Below, in pieces: positions 37,101 through 49,100 of a stretch of 64,000 bases of DNA. Positions within the stretch are counted from its first letter, which is position 1. Every line of letters begins with the position of its first letter. This DNA is from Podarcis pityusensis (lineage: Eukaryota), in assembly GCA_964106645.2 (NCBI GenBank), contig OZ067044.1, one strand, 5' to 3'. The translations under genes and the position numbers were made by a program. The notes under the pieces were generated by a model. That model worked only from the letters and a program-made list of their open reading frames with translations. It had not been told where the DNA came from and ran no database searches.

Positions 37101-40100
37101 TCCTTCTACCTCAGAGAAGGAAACTAACGCAGCAAGGCACAAGAGAGGGGTGGTATGGCACACAATAGAGGAGTAATAAATGTATGTGTGCACCCACACC
37201 CACAATCCTCTGGCATTTCACTTCCAACAATGATCAGCTAGATGCACCTGCTCTTTCCCAGTAATAAGCACAGCAGCTTTCATTGATCACAACATCCACT
37301 CTCTCTCTCCCTCTCTCTCACACACACACCGCTGCCTGCACAGTTCACTGCCAATAAAGATCTATCAACCACCAGACACAGCAAGTACAGGACCCTCCTT
37401 CAGAGACCAATGGTCTTTTTAAAGAGGTAAGAAGAGGCACCAGCAGTTCTACATCTTCCTTTGGCTGGGCTAGCTGAAGCATGATGTTGGGAAAAGAGTG
37501 AGCAAGCCATGAGCCAATTTAACAAAACAAAAGGAGAGATGCTATGATTCTCTGACACTTCTCACTGAGTAAGCAGAACCTGAGAGCCAAGAAGAGCAAC
37601 AGATAAACGTGTTACAGTGCCATACATACAAAAGGGTAAGGGAAATTTAACTGGGCAAAAATTTAATCCAGACATTATGTTTAATCAAATTATGTTGTTT
37701 CTTTCACTTTCACAATTGTCTAATTTATGATCTGGAAAGATTACAACATTCCTCTTTCCCAGGCAAAAGCAATGTGTCTTGCTAGAAGAAGAGCTGCCAT
37801 CGGTAGCCAGTAGTTATGTTCTATAAATGAAAAGGACTTCTGAAAAAAGAGATAGGTGCATCTCTTAACTGCGTTAATGAATAAAAGCAACTACCAGCCA
37901 GCTCAACAAACACACAAGATGCTGTGATGGCCCATATAAAAATAAAGACAATTTCTTGCCAATGGGTACTTAATGTACAGAGAGAGAAAAATTGCCCACA
38001 TACAGTTTTTTTTTTTTTAAGTATGTGAAGTCTAGTGTATGAACACTTGTTGCAATTAAATCATTTACATGATTTCTTCCTGCCCAGGGAGAAATTTTGA
38101 AATTAATTTCTTGGTATGTCATACCACTATTTAGGGTTGATCGAATTAAATAACAGGATCTTGCTATTCTTAAACATGGATACTTTGTTTACTTATGAAA
38201 TTTGAAATTTACACCTTTGACTTACTACAGGTTCCTTCCCGCCCCCCCCCCCAAAAAAACTATGAGGGGAATGTTACGCAAGGTTTTTGTTGCAAGAAGT
38301 TCTCAGAACACAGGGAACGTACATGTTTGGCTCTTAGACTTTCACACTTTAGATTTTGAAATCCAAGTGTACACAAACTAAGATCTGGTTGCATACAAGG
38401 GAACGTACATATATTTTAGGGAAGACGGTAGTAGTCCTAAAGTGATTAAATAGCTGAGCATTTCACCTCATGTAAGCCACCTACTGCCTTTATTTCTTTT
38501 ACGACTATGATGGCAAAAGTTAATTCTCCTTCCACTGGGGGATTCTGGTGAAGTTTTCTCATTTTTAAAAAACAAACGAAACAAACCTAGATTTATATTT
38601 AGTGCTGTCCTAAATGGGGAAATTCAACAAAATATAAACATTCACATATGCACTCCAAATGTGGCCTTTACCAACAATGGTTAAGAAATTCAACAGCTTC
38701 CCCCAAAATCATAGTAATCTGAATTGAAAGCTCAATGTGAAATTTAGTGTAAATCCAGTGAATCAATGAAATAAAGTATAAATGAGTATTTGAGAGCAGG
38801 GGTGCTTAACACAAAATTCAAAGTTGTAGGGCTTTGGTATTTTCCTACTACTTCCCACAGTAGCTGTGGGAAATATTTCACCATCTTCTTCTCCATAAAA
38901 GAGAATAGTTGCTTATATATGACAAGAAGACATTTACACTGAAGACAGTGCTTCATCTCCTTTTCGTACCAAATATTGAGTACCTGTTGTTATTATTATT
39001 AAATTAAATTTGTATACTGCTCTATACCTGCAGGTCTCAGGGCAATTCACAACATGAACATAACATTCAAATTGCATGCATGAACACTCCAGCATTGCTT
39101 TTATATCACCAGATACTCTTACATCTCATTTCCTCTGCAACATTCCCACCACCACTTGCCCAATTCTCACAAGGTGCTGTATGCAATCCTCTCCCATCCT
39201 CAAGAGCATATGACAGATGTAAAAAAATAATAATAAATATTTCAGTCCCTCCCAGTTCAAGTCATCAGCAAGCCTACTTTCTTTGTCATCTTTCGACTAT
39301 TACTGAAATGCTAGACATGCTCATTAGTAGTTTAGAAGCCAGTAATGTTGATTCATATATTTCCTTTGAAATAGCAATTCCATTAAAAAAATAATTAAGT
39401 TTAAGCATTAACCAATCTTCACTCAAGCTGACTCAAAATCTGGTCAGCCACATCAAAGACTGCATATTGATTACTATCAGGTATGACGTTAACAATGCAA
39501 TACTTATAAGTATCTGCATATTCTTCTAACATATGAATCTGCCCATTAAGCTGATTCAGACACTGCAATGAGCACTAGTATAGTTCTTCTCTTCTTTTTA
39601 ATCTGGGCACTAGAGAAAATCCCTAAAATTACAGCTGTTCCTCCTTCCATGATATATGCAACCTTCCCAATCATTTTACTTGAGCAAATGAGGAACAGAG
39701 AACTGCAAAGTCTGATGTAGGTTTCAGAAACCTACATATTCAATAAACCTAACAGCTTCATAATCTTTCAAAAAGACATAAATCATAAACAGTACACAAC
39801 TTTGGCAAATTAGTTTAACTGAGCTCCCTTATTAAATTTAGTAAGTTCACTACACATTTTCCAAACATCTGCACACCAATTCAATTTCAAGTGGATTTTT
39901 GCCTACTCAAATTTCTGATTTCCCCCAATGCTGAATTCTAACTCTCCTAGTTCCTGGTTGGTGATATATACACTATTAAAACTTAAGTTTATTTAGTATT
40001 TGCTTCTCTCAATCAGATTTATCAGCCACATATTGACATCAAGAAGCCAAATCAGAATGAGATTTATTTTTCCTGTCCTCACTTTGGCAGAGTTGAAGGG

Positions 40101-43100
40101 AAATAGCACAGAGCACATGGTTACTGCTGGTAAGTTAGATGGGAAATCACTTCACTTACATGATATCCATTTCAAGCAAACTTCCAACAGATTAGACAGC
40201 ACCAGTTCTATGAGATATCATCTATGAAAATGTATCCATAAAATGCTGGCACAATAAAAAAGTAAAAGACACTTCATTTAGATCCATAAACATTTTTCCT
40301 TTCTCCTACAAGGGATTCTGTTATGCTGCATTATATTTCTGAACCCAACCCAGCCAAAGGAAATCTTTTTTCTTGTTTTATCACAACTGATAGTATTACT
40401 TTATTGAACATGAGCTAACAGGGTCATCAAGAGGGCTACTTTCCTCACAAGAAGAATAACTTAACATTTAATAAGCAAAAACTATATTTACAAGTTAGGT
40501 GAGGCACCTTTCACTTTCCCTTTTTCAAATTCAAAACGAGTATTCCTACTACATAACACAAAACAAATATAGCTTCAAAACAAAACCAAGACCCATCCAG
40601 ACTGCAGTAGACTCAAATAAACACTGCTATCTACAGCTTCAACATCTAAAAGGAATGGCCACAGCAGTTTTAGTTTTGGCATTGGTTTTAGCAGTTTAGG
40701 ATACAAACGCAAAGGAAAACTATATTCTGCCAAAGACAGTAAAGGAAAATGGAGCCAGCACATCACTGCAAACTCCACAAGGGCAAGCCCTTTTCTTACT
40801 TTCAGCCTCACAAATTACTCTACAATGAAGTTTAAAGCTTGCAGTCTATACATAAACCATGCATATGGTTTTTCTTACCTAGCATCTTACGCTATTAGTC
40901 TTAATCAACTATTCTTATTTAAAATGTTAAAATGGTGTGATAGCTAAGCTGACAATAGCTAGTGTAAGCTAAGTTTGTTCCTAAGCAGGACCTATCATCT
41001 CCTTTCTGCTGCAAGTATTTCTAGCGCTGCCATGTAGTTAGAGCATATTTCAAAGGGTTCATTTTCACAAGCATACGATATTCTGATATTACTATATATG
41101 AATGAGTAAGCCTGTAGGTTAATTTTCAAATAAAGCTGCTGGTGTTTTAATACATCAAAGTCTCCTCGCTATCCCTACAGAGGTGTGTCAGGTCATACAA
41201 ATGGCACCTTCACATGAGTGTTGAAATCATGAGCCCAGTGATACCTTCAGAGGCAAGTGTCAACTAGACATATTTGCATAACACCATTTGGTTTCTTGTA
41301 ACTAGTTTTCCTTAAAAAGTTAATACTACTGAAGTGGAAGCCCAAAGGATTGATATAGGAAGATTTCAATATAGCAAAATATTAATATTTAACCTTTGAT
41401 AAAGCAACCCAAATATTTGGGAATTTATAACTTGAATGTCAACATTAAGAGCACTAAGAAAGAAATATATTTAAAACAAATACTCCCCAAAGGGAAAATT
41501 GCAAGAGGGAATGAGGGCAGAGGGAACGGAGCACACACATTAATGCAAGAAAACATATTTCTCAACCCACCTGCTAGCAGGTCATCAAGAGTGTCGGTTA
41601 GCGTCTGTGCTGGAGTGGCAACCATTAATCCGTCTGGTTCTTGAACTAACAGCCCCTGACCATGTCCTGCAATTGGCTGCTGTTGTCCTACATTTTGCTG
41701 ATTACCTAATACTTTCTGAAGTTCAAAAGAATCTGTCCCATTACAGCCTAGGTTACTTGAAAAATTACACTGTGGCGTTGACAAAGGTTGGAGAGGGACA
41801 AACCCGGTTTGCTTAGCAGATGGTGGAGAGTGCTGCTGCTCATCTTTACCTGCCAGGATTCTGTCAACCTGCCATAACTCTGAAAAGCTATCCCCAGGCA
41901 GACCCTCATTGCCTTCCACTTCTGGGAGGACACCTGTGTGTGGGCACTGCTGCTGATGGGTAAGGGGTGACTCTGTCTGACCTTTGGTCTCCAAATATTC
42001 TTTGGTAAATTGCTGCTGTGTTTTCATCTGTAATTGCCTTTCCACCTTTTGCAGCTCCTTCAGTATTTTCTTCTTCTTCTGCACTTGTTCTTCTCTGTTC
42101 TTTTTGAGCTCTTCAATCTTATCTTTATTCAAAGGTTCACCTTGAATTAACTCCAATGATTTAAGCTGTGCTTTTTCAATAGCGCTAATTCTCTGTCCAA
42201 GTTCATTCAGCTTGCCTTCAGTTTCTTCCACTATACATTCCAAAGGCTGGTATGGGTGAAAAGGTGACAGTAGCTCCTGATCTGCTACCTGAAGGGAAGT
42301 TGACTTCTGCTTGGATGTACCTAAGCACACGAAAAATGTTTGAAAAAATGCCATGCTGAGGTTAACCCATACCTCCCCACGCTTTTCCCACCCAAAACTT
42401 TATAACTAACCACATTAGCATAAAATAGATTAAAGTCTACACCTCATATCAGGACAGACAGCACAAGACAGAATTGTAATTTTAAAATGGACCCTAGCTT
42501 CCAGTTGTAAAAAAACTATGTTAATATTAAAATACAAATGTGTCCCCTTAAATATTGTTTATCAAATAAATAAAATTATACTGCAAAAAAAATACAGAAT
42601 ATTTACCGATGTCTTGACTACTAACGTTCAGACAGACAAAAGCAGCAAAATCCTATAAATACGCTGCAACACTAGAGACTTAACTTGCAGAACACACACA
42701 ACATCCAACACATACGCCGCTCTACCTATCTCTGGGAGTTGTGCTTTAAGAACATACTGTAAAAACTGCAAACAGCTATATTCCTCAATACAAGGACCAA
42801 TGCAAAAATATTGAGCACGTATTAAAAGCAAATGAGCATTTGCTGCAGAAAGCGCTGTTTCTCTGAACAGTTCAGTTCAAAGGTTTAAATGCATCACAAA
42901 AGGCATCTAGAAAGAAACAGCTATCCTGTATCAGTACCTCTACAAATTCAAGCCATCCTTTGCTCAGAGCTTTGCTGTGCAGATGTCAAAAGTCAATGTT
43001 ACATTAATGCACTATTTTTTAACCCCCCCCCCCCCAAAAAAAATATTAGTTTGTGCGTGAGGGAGAGGGAGAAAAAGAAAAGAAACTACTAAAAGATACA

Positions 43101-46100
43101 ACATTTAATGGGGTGAATATGCAATTTCAAGATGGCCTTTATGTACCCTGAAGTTTCAAAATTACATGGCAACACTCAAGCTGTTCTAATAATCTCAAAC
43201 AAGTTTATTTGACAAGACAGAGCATTACTACTAGCGGCTTTTAACACTGTGTTTTGACTCAGATTTTATGATGCTCACAGCAACTCTTATACTACAACAA
43301 ATTTGGCTAAAAATGAACTAATGCGTGGGTTTGGGGCTCTATAGTTATATATATATTCAATGTCAAGTTCTTAAAATATGCTTTAAAAAGTTAGAACTGT
43401 CTTGATGCAAGATTAATTGAGCTTTCCTATCTTTGGAGTTGTGCTGAGGCATAAAACCTTGCAAACCTATAGGCACAATTAAACTATATTGCCTTAATAG
43501 GACCAGTGTGATATAGATTAAGGTAACTGACACTGCCTGCAGTATGAAAGTCACATATTAAGCCAACTTTAAAGCTGCCAGCACACCAAGTAATTAACTG
43601 GACCACTGTTATGTTTTTATTTTCTCAACCCATCAGGACTGTTAATTCTATCAATCATCTGAAGAGAGAAGCATTTGGTCACCATTCACCTTCATTATGA
43701 ATCTTTTTACATTAACATATGCCACTTTTTATTTGAAGAAAAAACCTAAATTGATCTGTATTACTCTAAGAATAATATTAAAGTGAACCAAGTTTGGTCA
43801 CAGCTCAAAGCATAGACCAAAGACTGTGCTGATTTGACTTTAGGATGGGATTTGTATATGTCAACTCTCCCTCTTTACCCTCTCCCATCACATATTTTTG
43901 ACAGTATTATTATTCTACTGGGATCCAATACAAATAAACATTTTGAATATTTCAAAACTACTCCAAAAATATTATATTGATACCATATACCAAAAATATA
44001 ATCTAACAACAAGCTATAGGGTATAGGTACATTGATTCTCACAAGGTTAGCCTAGTAAGGAATTTAAGTTATCAGGAAGTCCAGGAGGAGAAAACCAGAG
44101 AGACGAGATACTGTGCTCATCACAGAAAACAGATGGAAGTTGTAGTACAGCAACATCTGGAGGGCACCATGTTGATCACACCTGGTATAAGCCGAGGCAG
44201 AAGAGCAATGCTGGAGGAAGCTTCATGTATAATTGTTTTCTAAAGGAGCATCAAAACTTGTGTCAGAGAAAACATGTGCCTTGAAATATCTGAATGGCTA
44301 AGGTGAAATATGTTTTTGGCCACCTCAGAGGAAGGTTAATATCACCATTATTCACAAGTTGGCAAAAAGTAGGTCTCTTGGGCCTTGGCATTTGTGTTAT
44401 CAGGTGCCACAGGGCACTTTTTTTTATCCCTAACAATATTTAACATCTACATAGAGCAGCTGTCTACATAGAGCAGCTGGAAATGGTTGTTATGGGCTTT
44501 GGAGCAGTGTCAACTCTTCTCTGCAACATCTGAATTATAATTGGCTATGTGGGCTTTGGACCAGTGTCTGGGCACAGGAGTGGGATGGATAAGGGCCAAT
44601 AAACTGAATTTAAGCCCTGGCAAAAAGGAGGCCCTGTGGAAAAGTGGTTCCCAGGTCTGGGAGATACATCAGTTACCTGTTCTGGACAGCCTTACACTCC
44701 ATCTGAAGCAGCAGGTACTTTTTACCAGCTTTGTTTCGTAAGACAATTATAGCAGTTTCTGGAATAAGATAGCTTGGCCACAGTAGTCCAGGCATTGGAA
44801 ACCTCAGGACTGGATGACCTACATGCCTTGGCCTTAGCCAGAAAGGTGTAGAATGCAGCAGCTAGGCTGTTAACTGTAGTATCCCATCAACCCCATATAC
44901 CACTTCTGGTGAGTGCGCTACACTGGCTACTAATATGCTATAGGGCACCATTCATCATTTTGTTTTGGAGGAGAAGTTACTCCACTCCCACAATTACTGT
45001 TATATAAAACTTTTAGATGCAGGGTTGAATCTATTGTTTACTCTTAATTGCACACTGCTTTGATATCTCCTGGCTGTGACACAATTTATTAATCTATGAA
45101 ACCAATAACAACAAGTATAACCTTTCTAGTGCAAGTACAGTAAGCCCATAGTTTATGTGCATTCAGTTTTACACGTGTGGCCAAAAAGAAAGTGAGGGGA
45201 AGCAGGGTTCCAGGAAAAATGACTTTTGCAATCCCATCCGCCATTGAAACCAATGCATTTTGACTACACATGGTTTTGGCTTTAGGCATGATCCTCCGAA
45301 CGTAACCCCTTTGTAACTCCTGCAAGGGCAAGAGTCATGTCTGAAACTGTCGTGATAACGGCTTAACCCTTGCTTCTTCATGTGCTTAGTTGGTGCCTTC
45401 TGCCAACTAAACTGTTAATGCATGAGTAAAGAAGCCACTCATTTGGTCACACAGCTCACTTGTATACTGCAAGTATACACTGAAACTGACAGAAAGCATG
45501 AATCCTGTAGACTAGACCAAATGGATTTTTGAACATTTCGGTTTGAAATGCATTTAAGCAGAGTGTCCGTAGTGGGAAAGACCTAAACTAAACTAAACTA
45601 AACCCCAACACAGAACCCCAAGCCAGCTGCTCAATGTCTCTAAATTGCCAAGAACTTTGCAGAAAGGAAAATATGTTTTTGGTATTCCCCTGTCCAAAAT
45701 TTAATGAGCTTTTACCCATGAACTCAGACTGAGAGTATGATAAATTGCACTATAGCTGCATATATCTATATATTAAGGTAAATATGTTATTTTTTTTTAA
45801 AAAAATTATATGCTAATGTACTTCAGCAGTCAGTACAACTCATAGCTATCAGGATAAACGAGGCTTAGCATCACCCATCACCTCACTCTCCAGGCAATAT
45901 AATTCACAACAATAAAAACATGGAAATTCAGCTCAATTCTCAAGTCCCTTACGTTGTACATGGAACTTGAAGGCCCAGGAATCCAAAACTAGAACTTATT
46001 AATATGCCTTCAAGTATTTAAGTTCTAGAAGAAAATGGTGTCTATGATCCATAAGATAAAGGTTGTCAAAGTCACGTCTTAATTTGTAATCAGAAGGAAA

Positions 46101-49100
46101 ATTGGCATGGCTTTTTTCAGAAAGAATTACGGTACACTAGCTGCCCAAAAATTTCATAGATTTCAATTTCCATCCCATCCTATCCCTAGGGCTTGGAGCA
46201 GGTATATCATGAAATCAAAAACATAAAAAATATGCCAGAACTTCATAAAATTAAAGTTGTAATCTTCAACTCAAAGCCCACCCCAATTAACCCTGTAGGA
46301 CTTCTAAAGAGAGGGTTGTGTCTGGGTAAATCACAAAGAGGAATTTCTGTAAGTGGTGTACAGTCAATGAGAATGAGCTTGTTGGCCTAATGTGGTGTCT
46401 AGACAAAATATTTTAGAGGGGTTTTTTTTTTTTGACAGATTGAGGCAATTACAATGAAACATCTGAGAGGAAGCCATTTGAGGCTGAAGCAATTTTAAGA
46501 CTTTATAAAAGTTGAAACCATCTTCAGTTGAAGGTAGAAGACACGGGGAAGCTTAACTGGGATAGTGCAGCCCTGATATAGTGTGCACCCATTGACTAAT
46601 TCCTTCCTCCGCTACGGTCATTTTTTACTTCAAGTCTTATGGCATATTGAAATTTATGAGTAGCTACACAAAGGTTTAAATCAGAACTAAATGGAAGGGC
46701 CACAGCTCTTCGGCTAGTAAAGCTAACAAAGACAATTCACATCTCCACAAAGTTTTAGGTGAATGAATCCAGCAGTACCCAAACATGCACTTCTGAGCAA
46801 CTTGAAAAGACAAAAACAGCCGCTTCCCTCCAATCCCCTGGCAAAATCCCTTTATTTTCTCTTGTGTAAGTAAATAGTCTGGATGGATTTCTGGAAAAGA
46901 GACTTGGAAAAAGGGGTAAAAGCTGGGAAACTATATTACATAACACATTTTGGCTAATGGTTATGAAAATGATGGCTTCCAAGCTGAATTGAGTTCTTGA
47001 CCTTCTAATTTTTTTAAAAAATGTGATTTTTGTAAAATCCATGCAACACTGTCCATAGTTTTAGCTCAACTGAAAAAAATAAAAAAATGAAAGCAGTATA
47101 TAACAAAAAAGTTGAAATTAACACAAAAGTAAAATTTGTAAATGATACTGGTACCAACTAAGAAAAGGAATTGCACTGTTAATCTTTTGACAGTCTTTAT
47201 GCTTACAGGCATTTCAAGCTGGACATCCACGAATGTACTTAGTAGTCAGTGGCCTCAATCATATTTAACAATAAAGCATGATCAGAAACAAACAATGGCT
47301 TAGCTCAAACAAGCAGCTTGTGCATGCGTGCTGCTCTGTTATGCCTGCTTTGTTTGTTCCTTTCTAGAGCTGGAAAACAAACTATTGGAGCAGCTGCCTT
47401 AGTGTCATATGCAAATCAGTGCTCATGGTTTGTTTCTCCCAATCAAATCATGAGTGGTAAGCCAGGAAAAAACCTTTGCATCCACTTGCAGTTTGTCCAG
47501 AGAGAAACAAACCACAAGCACAGATTCACACATAATGCTAAGCCAGTGTGCACCAGCTTGTTCAAGGTAAACCATAGTTTTGGACTATGGTTTGTCAATA
47601 CATGTGAACCAGGCCAAAGTATCTGTTGAACTGACATGAATGTAGATTTGCTATATTTGCATCTCAGAGGTACACACTTTGTTTGGCATTAACAACAGAT
47701 TTTTGTTGTTGTTGTTTAGTCCTTTAGTCATGTCCGACTCTTCGTGACCCCATGGACCAGAGCACGCCAGGCACTCCTGTCTTCCACTGCCTCCCGCAGT
47801 TTGGTCAACCTCATGCTGGTAGCTTCGAGAACACTATCCAACCATCTCGTCCTCTGTCGTCCCCTTCTCCTTATGCCCTCCTACACTCAATATGCCAGCA
47901 AGTTTGGAAAACTCAGTCTACATCCCAAACCCAAAGAAGAGCAGTGCCAAAGAACAGATTAGTTCCAAACAAACAACTGGAAAATGACACTGACATTCTG
48001 AACAATCAGAATAACTGATTAAGAGCACTTCCAACCAGTATTTGCTGGCACTGGGAGCTCTACAATGGCACAAAGAGAATTTCTCCAGATGACTCAATAC
48101 TGCACACTGAGTGAAAATGAAGAATGTCACTTCTTGGTGGCAACATTTCCAATTTTGTGTTTTCAAGACATGCTGTGCTACATCAGAGTCAGTTGCCTTC
48201 ACATTGTATATTCTTCACAAAAACTTCTTAGTGGATATGATGGTTTTATCTGTGAGCTTGCCTTCTCCAAATTATTAATTAGGTGACGGTTCTCTCAACA
48301 GGCTTTCAAATGCTGAATTTGCTGTGAAGGTGAAGTGTCCCACCCAGTAAATACATATCACCTTCCTATCAGGACTAGTCAGAACTGGATGAGGCCCTTG
48401 AAGGAAGCTGACAACTTTATTGCTGGCTCCAGTATATATATGGTTCAAAGGGAATCAGTATATACAGAAGAACCCTCCCAAGACTACCACGCTCAAAGAC
48501 ATCTAGCATGAGGCTGCAGATTCAGAGGACCCAATATGCCCCAACACATCTTGCCCACCAGCTCCAGATTCTTCAATATCACCCTCAGGACTTGAGGTGA
48601 CTCAGCATCTAAGAAGCCATTTAGAATGAAGGTGTAGTGCTTGCCTGTCTGATAACACAAGGCCTCAAAATCCCTCACCTGCTAGGCAGTTCCCTGACTT
48701 GGCTGGTAAAATAGAAATCTGAGCCACAAATCAGTCATGGTAGAATGGGACAGAGAGGGTAGATATTCTGTTGCTGAATCATTCAGTTGCTTGTTGAATA
48801 CTTCATTGATGGGTATACAATGCATTTTCTGTGATGTCACCCACATCATCTAGTACTTCTACAACATTTTGTAAAAATAACACAACCTCTAAAAATCTCA
48901 GTCTTTTGCATATATAATTCTATAGAACTTTCTGTACAACATGTAGAAGCAACCTTATGTCTGCTTCATGTATTGACATAAGAATTACATCATTTTGTCT
49001 TATTTGATGACTTTCTACTGCATATGAACGTCTTCCAGCAACGATTTCCTTACTGCACAGAGTACTAAAAACAGCTCCCTGGGCAAAAACATGGCAAGAT

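Noticed and set aside
36250-41570. Intronic snoRNA or miRNA genes in the TE-poor part of intron ~15
   Set aside because: I could not identify a convincing C/D or H/ACA architecture or a known miRNA by eye; an Infernal/Rfam scan would be needed.
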